Assembly (NCBI GenBank): GCA_948537335.1
Contig: CAOUJG010000005.1
Location: 2,580 to 66,579, forward strand
Reading direction: 5' to 3'
DNA: 64,000 nt
Origin: an uncultured Eubacteriales bacterium
Lineage (GTDB): Bacteria; Bacillota; Clostridia; Oscillospirales; Acutalibacteraceae
A model generated the notes under the pieces. It had not been told where the DNA came from and did not search any database. It saw only the letters and a list, made by a program, of their open reading frames with translations. Shown in pieces: positions 26,927 to 35,516 of this stretch (position 1 is its first letter; the number at the start of each line of letters is the position of its first letter). The position numbers and the translations under genes are program-made.

Positions 26927-28531
26927 ATGAGTTTAATTAAATTGAAAACAATAAAAAAGATATTTATAGGGCTTTTGCCATTAGCGATTTTGTTTGGAAT
27001 GGTATGCCCGGGGCACGTGGCGCAGTCTGTGGCTCCAACAACGGTGAGCGTCTTGCCAGCGGCGGCAGACGGGGCACTAACTCAGATTACAAATGGTCAA
27101 AGCAGGGACTATGCGACATCTAAGGGGTACAAAGACAGCACGGGTGCTGCTAGCGCCGGCAGAGGAAAGATCTCTTACTCCACAACGGGCGGAACCGGAG
27201 TTTTGACGCTGGACGGCGTGGACCTAAGCACTGATAATGGCTTGTTGACGGCGACAGGTGGCAATGGAGACTTAGAAATCGTCTTAATTGGTACAAACTC
27301 GATAACTTCGAACAAGAGCACAATTGCCCTGACGAGCAATAATGTGAGGTTTAGCGGTACGGGCACGCTGACGATCAGCCAGAATACGGCCGGCAATGCG
27401 ATTTCTACAACAACGGCAGGCAATATAGATTTTGCAACGAGCACTGACATAGCGCTGAAACAAGCCGCAGGGGCCGCAGCAGTGAGCTCTGCAGCGAACA
27501 TAACCTTAACGAGCAGCAAAGTGACGTTGGTTCAGACAGGCGCAGCCGACGCGGTAACGGCCGCGGGCAATGTTGCGATTAACGGCGGGAACCTGGACAT
27601 AAACCAGGGCACAACGAACGCAGCGATGAAGGTCACGGGGACTTTTAGCATGACAAATGGCGCAGTGATGACCAAGAACGCAGGTGCAACAGGCAACGGC
27701 ATAGATGCGACGGGGGCTATGACTATATCTGGCGGAATGATGGATTCGTCCATCACAAATGCGAATTCGACTGGAATCCCGATTTATAGCGCTGAGGATA
27801 TCACAATAAGCGGAGCAAACGTGAAGGCGATGGGCTCGGCTGAACATTCACCGTATGGGATCTCGGCTGCGATGGGCAAAAACATCACTATAAACAAGGG
27901 CAGCGCGATAGAGGCGTTGGGCAACACAAACGCTATAAATCCGGCTCACCTGACGCTGGATGACACAGCGACATGGACGGCGATGGCTGGGCAAACGGCC
28001 TCCACGGCGACAAAGCTGACAGAAACAAAGGGCAGCGACTTAGTCAAAGCGATGGCGGCCAACGGACACGACTACGTACGGCTGTACAACGAGGTCACGC
28101 TCGAGCCGAAGTCTTCTACCTTCGACAAATACACAGCGTCCAAAGATCACACAGAGATTACGGTAGCGGTAAATCCTAATGGTACCGCGCTTTCGGAGAT
28201 TCGATTGGGCAACAGGCCGCTACAAGTGGGCCGAGATTACGTTTTAAACTACAACGGCACCGATCCGGTCTCGGTAACGTTCCAGGTGAGAGAATATCTC
28301 GAGACTTTGCCGGTGGACAGGCACATACTGACTTTCAACTTCGCCAACGGCGCAACGGCGGACTTCGTGCTAAACGTGGTGGACACAAAACCAGTTGAGC
28401 AGCCGGCGAATAACAAAGACAACCTTCCAAAAACGGGCGACGAAACGCCGATTTTGCCACAGATTTTGCTGCTAACAGCGGGCGTGTTCACGATAATCAT
28501 CGCAACAAAAAAGAGAGTCTTGAGCAAATAG
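26927..28531 (+). CDS. LPXTG-anchored surface protein with a repetitive T/A/G/N-rich beta-helix-like region
   Basis: Signal peptide, then many degenerate 'G.N..I....I' repeats. The C-terminus has 'LPKTG', a hydrophobic stretch and a 'KKR' tail. Confidence 0.85.
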   Translation: MSLIKLKTIKKIFIGLLPLAILFGMVCPGHVAQSVAPTTVSVLPAAADGALTQITNGQSRDYATSKGYKDSTGAASAGRGKISYSTTGGTGVLTLDGVDLSTDNGLLTATGGNGDLEIVLIGTNSITSNKSTIALTSNNVRFSGTGTLTISQNTAGNAISTTTAGNIDFATSTDIALKQAAGAAAVSSAANITLTSSKVTLVQTGAADAVTAAGNVAINGGNLDINQGTTNAAMKVTGTFSMTNGAVMTKNAGATGNGIDATGAMTISGGMMDSSITNANSTGIPIYSAEDITISGANVKAMGSAEHSPYGISAAMGKNITINKGSAIEALGNTNAINPAHLTLDDTATWTAMAGQTASTATKLTETKGSDLVKAMAANGHDYVRLYNEVTLEPKSSTFDKYTASKDHTEITVAVNPNGTALSEIRLGNRPLQVGRDYVLNYNGTDPVSVTFQVREYLETLPVDRHILTFNFANGATADFVLNVVDTKPVEQPANNKDNLPKTGDETPILPQILLLTAGVFTIIIATKKRVLSK

Positions 28532-28578
28532 CAAAGCCGAAAAAGTAGGGTCGAAGTAGACGTCATACGGTAACGAGT

Positions 28579-28612
28579 GAGTACAGGAGAGCCGCAAAGA
28601 GCCCCTGTACTC
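28579..28612 (+). terminator. Possible terminator hairpin after the surface protein gene
   Basis: GAGTACAGG...CCTGTACTC 9-bp stem. The T-tract is weak. Confidence 0.4.
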
Positions 28613-28659
28613 GTTGTTATGCGGTGTTGCCTCATCAAAACTTAAGGATCTGATGTCCC

Positions 28660-29490
28660 GTGAAGAAAATGAAAGAGCTGGATGAAAAAAATTTTTTAAA
28701 GATGGCGCTGATAATGGCGGGAGTCGTCATGATTTTTTGCGCAGTGAACGCGATATTTTCGTCTTACGGCAACGCGCCCAAAGTTCCGCACAGAGAAGAG
28801 GCCGTTTTGGACGCAGCTCAACCGGACAAAAACATAAGTAAAGAAGCGGGAACTTCGAATGATCAGCCAATTTCGGCGGCAGAGTCCATTGTGAGCGAGC
28901 AAAGATATCTACTGATGCTGCCAAATATGAGGCCGGTGTACGAGAAAAACAGCGACGTAGTGGGCTGGATAAAGATAGAGGGCACGTGCATAGACTACCC
29001 GGTGATGTACACCGCGGACGACGGGGAGTTTTATCTGTACAGAAATTTTTACAAAAATAAGGACATAAACGGCAGCATCTTCATCGACGCGCACTGCAGC
29101 TTGAATCCGCGGGACACGAACTTGATTTTTCACGGCCACAACATGAACAACGGCTCGATGTTTGGCGCGCTCATAAAGTATAAATCGCGTGAATTCTACG
29201 ATTCGCACCGGTACGTCTTGTTTGACACGTTGTACGAAAGCCAGGTTTACGAGGTGCTTGCGGTGTTCATCTCGAAGGTGTACAACATGAGCGACAACGT
29301 GTTCAAGTATTATCGGTTTTACGACGCCCAGAACGAAGAGGACTTCGACTATTTTTATGATAACATAAAGCGCCTCTCGCTGTACGAAACAGACCTTGAA
29401 GCAGAGTTTGGCGACGAATTTATTACGCTGTCCACATGCGAGAATTCCGTAAAAAACGGCCGATTCGTGGTGGTTGCAAAAAGAATATAA
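28660..29490 (+). CDS. srtB: Class B sortase
   Basis: N-terminal TM anchor, 'VGWIKIEGTCIDYPVM', 'FHGHNM' and the catalytic 'TLSTCE'. Confidence 0.85.
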   Translation: MKKMKELDEKNFLKMALIMAGVVMIFCAVNAIFSSYGNAPKVPHREEAVLDAAQPDKNISKEAGTSNDQPISAAESIVSEQRYLLMLPNMRPVYEKNSDVVGWIKIEGTCIDYPVMYTADDGEFYLYRNFYKNKDINGSIFIDAHCSLNPRDTNLIFHGHNMNNGSMFGALIKYKSREFYDSHRYVLFDTLYESQVYEVLAVFISKVYNMSDNVFKYYRFYDAQNEEDFDYFYDNIKRLSLYETDLEAEFGDEFITLSTCENSVKNGRFVVVAKRI

Positions 29491-29637
29491 ATTTACAATT
29501 TGCCGATCGAAAGTTTACAAGAATGGGGATTTTTGATATAATTAAAGAGGTTTTTGCAGATTATGCGCGAAAATTTTGAGTTGATTAAGTTATAAGAACC
29601 ATGCGAACTTGGCAGAATACGGAAGGAATATTGCGGT

Positions 29638-30210
29638 ATGTATAAATCTTTTGAAGAGCTCGAGCGGGACTGTAGCAATTGCGAGCGGTGTGACCTTTGC
29701 AAAACGCGGCATAACGTGGTTTTTGGAGTAGGCAACAAAAATGCAGAAGTCCTTTTTATTGGGGAGGGCCCCGGAGAAAATGAGGACTTGCAGGGGGAAC
29801 CGTTTGTGGGCAGAGGCGGCAAGCTGCTGGATAAAATGTTGAACGCGGTGGATTTGGACCGGCATAAGAACATCTATATTGCCAATATTGTAAAGTGTAG
29901 ACCGCCGCAGAATCGGGACCCGCAAGAAGCCGAGCAAGAAGCTTGCATAGAGTGGCTGAGAAATCAGGTGGCGCTCATAAAGCCCAAGATAATCGTGTGC
30001 CTGGGCAGGATAGCCGCGATGAAGCTGATTAAACCGGACATAAAGATAACCAAAGAGCACGGAATCTTCTTTGAAAAAAACGGGATAACAATAATGGCCA
30101 CGCTGCATCCGGCAGCACTTTTGCGAAATCCGGCCAACAAACCTGGCGCGTTTAAGGATTTTTTAAATTTGCGAGAGAAGATTAAAGAAATCTGTGACCA
30201 TACATATTAA
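29638..30210 (+). CDS. Uracil-DNA glycosylase, family 4
   Basis: 'CERCDLC', 'FIGEGPGENED', 'FVGRGGKLLD' and 'HPAALLRN'. Confidence 0.9.
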   Translation: MYKSFEELERDCSNCERCDLCKTRHNVVFGVGNKNAEVLFIGEGPGENEDLQGEPFVGRGGKLLDKMLNAVDLDRHKNIYIANIVKCRPPQNRDPQEAEQEACIEWLRNQVALIKPKIIVCLGRIAAMKLIKPDIKITKEHGIFFEKNGITIMATLHPAALLRNPANKPGAFKDFLNLREKIKEICDHTY

Positions 30211-30340
30211 AACAAAAAATTAATGCAAATAAACCCGCAAAAATAGTTGCGACCAAGGTATAATCCCCTTTGGCCGCAATTATTGTTTTTTGCCTATTTT
30301 AAATGGAAGCTTGAGAACAGATGGCTTTTTGTGCGCGACT

Positions 30341-30424
30341 TTAACTTTCGGCTTTTTTGATTTTGAAAATTTTGCGCAAGAAAAAACCGAGCACTTTCGG
30401 ACTTTTAACAACAACAACCTTCAT
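30341..30424 (-). CDS. spoVM: Stage V sporulation protein M (27 aa, below the ORF-track cut-off)
   Basis: MKVVVVKSPKVLGFFLRKIFKIKKAES compares with B. subtilis SpoVM MKFYTIKLPKFLGGIVRAMLGSFRKD, sharing the pattern MK....K.PK.LG...R. GGAGGG lies 9 nt upstream. Confidence 0.7.
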   Translation of the reverse strand: MKVVVVKSPKVLGFFLRKIFKIKKAES

Positions 30425-30451
30425 AAAAACGGACCCTCCAATCGTTCAAGG

Positions 30452-30595
30452 TTAGCACCGAATAAGGGAAACAGCGAGGATGATGGAGATAACAACAAGA
30501 ATCTTGACGATAAACTGAGTGGGAACTAAGTATGATATAGTAAGACCCAACACAAAAATCAGAGCTAATTTACCTTGTTTGCAATAGCAATTCAT
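30452..30595 (-). CDS. Possible 47-aa two-TM membrane peptide directly upstream of spoVM
   Basis: MNCYCKQGKLALIFVLGLTISYLVPTQFIVKILVVISIILAVSLIRC. The SD is weak (GGTGAG), and the stop lies 27 nt before the spoVM start. Confidence 0.35.
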   Translation of the reverse strand: MNCYCKQGKLALIFVLGLTISYLVPTQFIVKILVVISIILAVSLIRC

Positions 30596-30776
30596 TGCGA
30601 CTCACCGCCAGTTTTAGAGTGGCTATAAGATTTTTTACGTCATTAATTTATTATATACAAGTGTCCGAAAAAACGTGAAAATTGCAAAAAGGAACATTAA
30701 GCGCAAACAAGAGGCATAAACGGGACAGGTGAAGAATAGATTTAGCTATAGAAAAATAATAAGAGAGGTTAAATCT

Positions 30777-32315
30777 ATGGATTATAGTGTCAAAAAAGAA
30801 GCGCTGAACGTGTGTGAACCGATTTTTGATGGTGTTGTGGAGCAGCCTGTAGACCTGGACTTTAGCTTGCCGGACTATTGCCCAGACATTAAGAAGATTT
30901 TGAAATGCCAGATCTGCCCGCAAATAAGTTCCAGAAATATCTCCGGCGACAAGCTTTACATAGAGGGCAATGCGGGAATTTCATTGATATACTTGGACGA
31001 AGAGAAATTATCGATTAGATGCTGCGAGCACACAAGCCCGTTTTCTGTCTCGATAAATCTAAAGAATTCGCCACAGGACGCCATAATTTTAACAAAAGCT
31101 AAAATAGAATATGTTAATTGCAGAGCAGTGACGCCACGAAGACTCGATATTCATGGGGCTTTTTCGATTTTTACAAAAGTAAAGTGCAAAAAAGAGAAGT
31201 CGGTTGTGTGCGATATAGACGGCGAAGGGATCGAAAAGAAAACGACGTCCACAACCTGCAACAATATAATCGGCCTGGGACAGCAGTATTTTAACATAGA
31301 GGAGGTCATCGACAAAGGCGCAAAGCAGCCGGACATAGAGTACATCTTGAAGACGGCCGTAAACATCGAGCTTTTGGATTATAAAACGCTGCAAAACAGA
31401 GTCATGATAAACGCCACGGCGAACATAAAGGTGGTCTACATCAGCGACATCGAGTACAGCAACATAGAGACGCTGGAGCATAGCGTTCCAATTAGCCAGA
31501 TTATCGATATAGAGGGCGTGCAGGACAATTGCCCATGCGACGTAAACTTGGAAGTGCTGAATCATAGCATAAACATCCGGCCCAGCGATAGCGACGAGAA
31601 CAATTTGCTGTCTTTTGAATGCAAAATAGGTGCGTCTGCTGTGGCGTATGAGGAGAAAGAAGTCGGCATTTTGAGCGACGTTTACTCAATAGACTTCGAG
31701 TCGGAGCCAAAGTACGAGAGAGTGACGCTCTTCAGCCTGCTAGACAAAATAGAGGAAACCTACACTCTAAAGAGCAGCATAGAGGTGGAAGACCCCGGAA
31801 TAACAGAATTAATCGACGCTGGAGGAGATATAACAAATGTAAAAAGCTTTATTAAAGAGGGTCAAATTAACTTTGAGGGCAAAATTAACGTGTGCATTTT
31901 GGGCAAGGGTGGCGAGGACGTCCCGTTTTATGCAGAGAGACTAGTTGAGTTTGCGTATGAATATCGGCTAAAAGACGAGGCAGATTCGGCCTTTTGCGAG
32001 GATAACGTAACGTTGAAATCGTGCGAATGTAGGCTAATTGGCAGAAACACAATAGAGATGACCGCCGAGCTGCAGGTCAACGCGAATGTGTATGCTGAGA
32101 ATAAGTACATGTCGATAACGGACATCTTTGTGGACGAAGAAAAGCCCAAAGAAAAGGACAAAAAAACCGCAATAACGCTCTATTATGCAGAGCCCGGCGA
32201 AGAGCTGTGGGACATCGCGCGCCGGTATTGCACATCTGTAGAGAAAATAAAATCAGAGAACGACATAGAAGAGGACAAATTGCAAGACAGAAACATGCTT
32301 TTTATACCAATGTGA
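30777..32315 (+). CDS. SpoVID/SipL-like spore coat morphogenetic protein (DUF3794-type repeats plus a C-terminal LysM)
   Basis: N-terminal 'LDFSLPDYCPDIKKILKC' is typical of DUF3794/SPOCS. The C-terminal 'ITLYYAEPGEELWDIARRYCTSVEKIKSENDI' is a LysM domain. The gene is adjacent to spoIVA. Confidence 0.7.
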   Translation: MDYSVKKEALNVCEPIFDGVVEQPVDLDFSLPDYCPDIKKILKCQICPQISSRNISGDKLYIEGNAGISLIYLDEEKLSIRCCEHTSPFSVSINLKNSPQDAIILTKAKIEYVNCRAVTPRRLDIHGAFSIFTKVKCKKEKSVVCDIDGEGIEKKTTSTTCNNIIGLGQQYFNIEEVIDKGAKQPDIEYILKTAVNIELLDYKTLQNRVMINATANIKVVYISDIEYSNIETLEHSVPISQIIDIEGVQDNCPCDVNLEVLNHSINIRPSDSDENNLLSFECKIGASAVAYEEKEVGILSDVYSIDFESEPKYERVTLFSLLDKIEETYTLKSSIEVEDPGITELIDAGGDITNVKSFIKEGQINFEGKINVCILGKGGEDVPFYAERLVEFAYEYRLKDEADSAFCEDNVTLKSCECRLIGRNTIEMTAELQVNANVYAENKYMSITDIFVDEEKPKEKDKKTAITLYYAEPGEELWDIARRYCTSVEKIKSENDIEEDKLQDRNMLFIPM

Positions 32316-32363
32316 TGCGAATTTTAGCCAACGACAAAACAGAAAACTAGGGAGGAAGTACTT

Positions 32364-33842
32364 TTGGAAGAAAGAAATATTTATCAAGATATAGCGCAGC
32401 GCACAAACGGAGACATCTATATAGGCGTTGTGGGGCCAGTTCGAAGCGGCAAATCGACCTTTATAAAGCGGTTCATGGATAACCTCGTGATTCCGAACAT
32501 GGATAGCAGCTACAAAAAAGAGCGCGCAGTGGATGAATTGCCACAGTCCGCGGCGGGCAGAACTATCATGACAACGGAGCCAAAGTTTATTCCCGAAACC
32601 GCAGTAGAGGTGCACATCGGCGACAACGCAAGCTTTAAAGTAAGGCTAATAGACTGCGTGGGGTATATAGTCCCGAGCTCTTTGGGGTACATAGAAAACG
32701 AACAACCCAGAATGGTGATGACGCCGTGGTTTAAGGAGCCCGTGCCGTTCAATATGGCAGCAGAACTGGGCACAAAAAAGGTGATAACCGATCACTCAAC
32801 AATAGGCTTAGTGATAACAACCGACGCCAGCATAAGCGACATCCCGCGCGAAGAGTACGAAGAAACCGAAGAGCGCGTCATAAATGAGCTAAAAGAAATA
32901 AAAAAGCCATTCATAGTGCTGCTAAACAGCATGTATCCGGCCGCCAACGAGACGCGCGAGCTAGCAAAATCGTTAACAGAAAAATACAAAGTGCCCGTGC
33001 TGCCGGTAAATTGCCTGGAGCTAAACGAAAACGAGATAAAACGCATCTTGGCGCAGATTTTGTTTGAGTTCCCAGTAAAAGAAATAAAAATAAACATGCC
33101 AAAATGGCTGACAAATCTAGAAAAAAAGCATTGGCTAAGAGAATCGGTCTACTCGACAATAGAGCAGTTCTCTAAGGACATCAGAAAGATCCGCGAAATA
33201 AATTATATAACCGACAACATAACCTCGTGCGATTATATCGACGCCGCCAAGCCAACAGCAATAGACCTCGGGGTGGGCAACGCAAAAATCGCAGTAGAAA
33301 TAAGCCCGAACCTGTTTTATAAGGTGCTGGGAGAAAAAACTGGACTAGAGCTTGAGGACGAGGGAGATCTCTTAGACTGCATGCTGTCGCTTTCTGCGAT
33401 AAAAGAAAAATACAATAAAATTAGTCAGGCCTATAACGACGTGCAAGAGACCGGCTACGGCATAGTCATGCCATCCACAGAGGAACTTTCATTAGATGAG
33501 CCAGAAATAATAAAGCAGGGCGGCAAATACGGCATAAAACTAAAAGCCTCTGCGCAGTCCATACACATGATGAAAACCCGCATAACCACAGAAGTCACGC
33601 CGATTGTAGGCTCGGAGCAGCAGTCCGAAGAGCTTGTGAACTATCTTTTAAAGGAGTTTGAGGAAAATCCCGGCAAAATATGGGAGTCGAATATATTTGG
33701 CAAGTCGCTCTACGAGCTGGTGAACGAAGGGCTGCACAATAAGCTTTATAGGATGCCAAACGACGCCAGAACAAAAATAAAAGAAACGATCGAAAGAATA
33801 ATAAACGATGGATGTAACGGACTAATCTGCATAATTCTTTAG
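32364..33842 (+). CDS. spoIVA: Stage IV sporulation protein A
   Basis: 'IYIGVVGPVRSGKSTFIKRFM' Walker A, a 492-aa length, and the conserved C-terminus '...NDGCNGLICIIL'. Confidence 0.95.
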   Translation: MEERNIYQDIAQRTNGDIYIGVVGPVRSGKSTFIKRFMDNLVIPNMDSSYKKERAVDELPQSAAGRTIMTTEPKFIPETAVEVHIGDNASFKVRLIDCVGYIVPSSLGYIENEQPRMVMTPWFKEPVPFNMAAELGTKKVITDHSTIGLVITTDASISDIPREEYEETEERVINELKEIKKPFIVLLNSMYPAANETRELAKSLTEKYKVPVLPVNCLELNENEIKRILAQILFEFPVKEIKINMPKWLTNLEKKHWLRESVYSTIEQFSKDIRKIREINYITDNITSCDYIDAAKPTAIDLGVGNAKIAVEISPNLFYKVLGEKTGLELEDEGDLLDCMLSLSAIKEKYNKISQAYNDVQETGYGIVMPSTEELSLDEPEIIKQGGKYGIKLKASAQSIHMMKTRITTEVTPIVGSEQQSEELVNYLLKEFEENPGKIWESNIFGKSLYELVNEGLHNKLYRMPNDARTKIKETIERIINDGCNGLICIIL

Positions 33843-33856
33843 CTATACAAGGGGCG

Positions 33857-34675
33857 GTGGGCATATTGGTAATAGTTTTTAGGCGCAAGTATATCATTCT
33901 TTCCACGTTTATCTGCTTTGTGGTGGCTTCTGTGGTGATCGGCACCAGTCTGTCGGTGAGCAATAAGTCTGTGGTAACGTCGAAGTCCGTGAATAATAAC
34001 TGGGGCCTAAGCTTTAGCGAAAACGGCAAAGCGCCAACAGGCAACGCGAGTCGCGAATTTTTGAAGCAGTACGACGCCTATTATGTGGGGAACCCCGAAG
34101 AAAAAAAGATATACCTGACGTTTGATGCAGGCTTTGAAAACGGCTATACACCAACTATTTTGGACGTCCTAAAGAAGAATGACGTAAAAGCGGCGTTCTT
34201 TTTGGTTGGCAACTACATAAAGACGAGCCCAGATTTAGTGAAGCGGATGGAGGCAGAGGGCCACATAGTTGGGAATCATACCTTTTCGCACCCGGATATG
34301 TCGAAGATTTCGGACATGGAGTCGTTTAAGAAGGAGATCTCGAAGCTGGAGGAGATGTACAAAGAAACAACCGGCAAGGATATGCTAAAATTTTACAGAC
34401 CACCGCAGGGCAAGTATAACGAAGAAAACTTAAAGCATGCGCACGAGCTGGGCTACAAGACGATATTTTGGAGCTTGGCGTACGTAGACTGGCTAACCGA
34501 CAAGCAGCCAAGCAAAGAACATGCCTTCGAGAAGCTTGCGAGGATACATCCGGGAGCCATAGTGCTGCTGCATAGCACGTCCAAAACAAACTCGGAAATA
34601 TTAGACGAATTAGTAAATAAATGGAAATCAGAAGGCTACACATTCGCACCGCTAACGGAACTTAGTGATAATTGA
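33857..34675 (+). CDS. pdaA: Polysaccharide deacetylase, PdaA-like (delta-lactam biosynthesis)
   Basis: NodB motifs 'LTFDAGFENGYT' and 'GNHTFSHPDM', plus an N-terminal TM/signal. The exact start is uncertain. Confidence 0.8.
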   Translation: MGILVIVFRRKYIILSTFICFVVASVVIGTSLSVSNKSVVTSKSVNNNWGLSFSENGKAPTGNASREFLKQYDAYYVGNPEEKKIYLTFDAGFENGYTPTILDVLKKNDVKAAFFLVGNYIKTSPDLVKRMEAEGHIVGNHTFSHPDMSKISDMESFKKEISKLEEMYKETTGKDMLKFYRPPQGKYNEENLKHAHELGYKTIFWSLAYVDWLTDKQPSKEHAFEKLARIHPGAIVLLHSTSKTNSEILDELVNKWKSEGYTFAPLTELSDN

Positions 34676-34711
34676 CTAAAAAAATCGAAAAAACTTTAGA
34701 ATATATTACAG

Positions 34712-34740
34712 TTGACGAAATAAAAACAATGTAATATAAT
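34712..34740 (+). promoter_or_regulatory. Near-consensus sigma-A promoter upstream of the GG-leader peptide gene
   Basis: TTGACG (34712-34717), a 17-nt spacer, then TATAAT (34735-34740). Confidence 0.65.
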
Positions 34741-34957
34741 CAAAGATACCGCAATAAATTTTGATTTTAAGTAAAAAAATAGCACGGAATCCTATACGTT
34801 CGCTGCTCAGCGCCCATTTAAAAATCTTATATTGATACCAAAAGTATTCATAAAAATTGCTTTAGAAGGTGATTTTGTGAGTGCTTTTTTGTTTAAAACG
34901 CGTTAAAAAGGAAAGTTTATTATTAGGTTTAATTTTTTTGAATAGGAGTGTTGCAAA

Positions 34958-35182
34958 ATGAGCGAAGAGTTAAAAAGAGAACGGTTAGAATTAAATGATT
35001 TGTCCTCGGTGGCAGGCGGAGTGGCTGTTGACGTTAACTCCGAAACAAGATGCGTAAAACCAGAGGGTAGCTTTAAAATTTTGGATTATAAAGAAGAAGA
35101 ATGGCGCCGGGATGGGGCTCCATCTAAGTGCAAGTATTGCTGGCATTTAAAGTTTGACAATGGCTTTTTTTGCGACGTTTGA
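34958..35182 (+). CDS. Double-glycine-leader peptide precursor (bacteriocin/pheromone/RiPP-like), 74 aa
   Basis: Leader MSEELKRERLELNDLSSVAGG, then a 53-aa core with 4 Cys (one CxxC). GGAG lies 9 nt upstream and a strong terminator lies downstream. Confidence 0.6.
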   Translation: MSEELKRERLELNDLSSVAGGVAVDVNSETRCVKPEGSFKILDYKEEEWRRDGAPSKCKYCWHLKFDNGFFCDV

Positions 35183-35249
35183 TTTAAGATCAAAGAAGGA
35201 ATCGAAAGGTTAGAAGGTTATTGATTAAAAGTAAAAAATATATAAAGTG

Positions 35250-35292
35250 CCCCAAACTCTTGCACAAAACAAAGAGATTGGGGTTTTCTTTT
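35250..35292 (+). terminator. Rho-independent terminator after the peptide gene
   Basis: CCCCAAACTCTT...AAGAGATTGGGG 12-bp stem with one mismatch, followed by TTTTCTTTT. Confidence 0.8.
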
Positions 35293-35314
35293 GTCTTTTG
35301 GCAGATTGGCGCGC

Positions 35315-35343
35315 TTGTAATTTTAAAATTTTTGTGGTAAAAT
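35315..35343 (+). promoter_or_regulatory. Promoter of the corA leader
   Basis: TTGTAA (35315-35320), a 17-nt spacer, then an extended -10 TGgTAAAAT (-10 at 35338-35343). Confidence 0.55.
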
Positions 35344-35401
35344 CTAAAATATATGTTTGTGCGGCGGTTGAAATTACGTTTAAATTGAAGGTGGTGGAGA
35401 T

Positions 35402-35503
35402 ATGGTTCCTGGTGACCCTAACCCTTGCGGGCGATTTGATGAGAAAAAATATTTTTTATTAGGGAAACATATCGATTCTGCCGGGCGTTTTATGTTCCCC
35501 TAG
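35402..35503 (+). CDS. Candidate leader peptide ORF (33 aa) in the corA 5' leader
   Basis: AAGGTGG lies 7 nt before the ATG. Product: MVPGDPNPCGRFDEKKYFLLGKHIDSAGRFMFP. The stop TAG lies inside the hairpin that pairs with the corA SD. Confidence 0.3.
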   Translation: MVPGDPNPCGRFDEKKYFLLGKHIDSAGRFMFP

Positions 35504-35516
35504 TAATTTTAGGGGG
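35461..35516 (+). promoter_or_regulatory. Alternative hairpins controlling access to the corA Shine-Dalgarno sequence
   Basis: Sequestor: CCCCTA (35497-35502) pairs with TAGGGG (35510-35515), which contains the SD. Alternative: AGGGAAACAT (35461-35470) pairs with ATGTTCCCCT (35492-35501). Confidence 0.45.

Noticed and set aside
30290-30529. A 79-aa plus-strand ORF between udg and the sipL-like gene
   Set aside because: Its product is an implausible Asn/Asp-rich sequence, and the opposite strand encodes a convincing SpoVM homologue with a proper RBS.
35247-35462. A 71-aa plus-strand ORF between the GG-leader peptide gene and corA
   Set aside because: It starts inside the terminator hairpin of the peptide gene and crosses the corA promoter. 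It has no RBS and a hydrophobic nonsense-like sequence.
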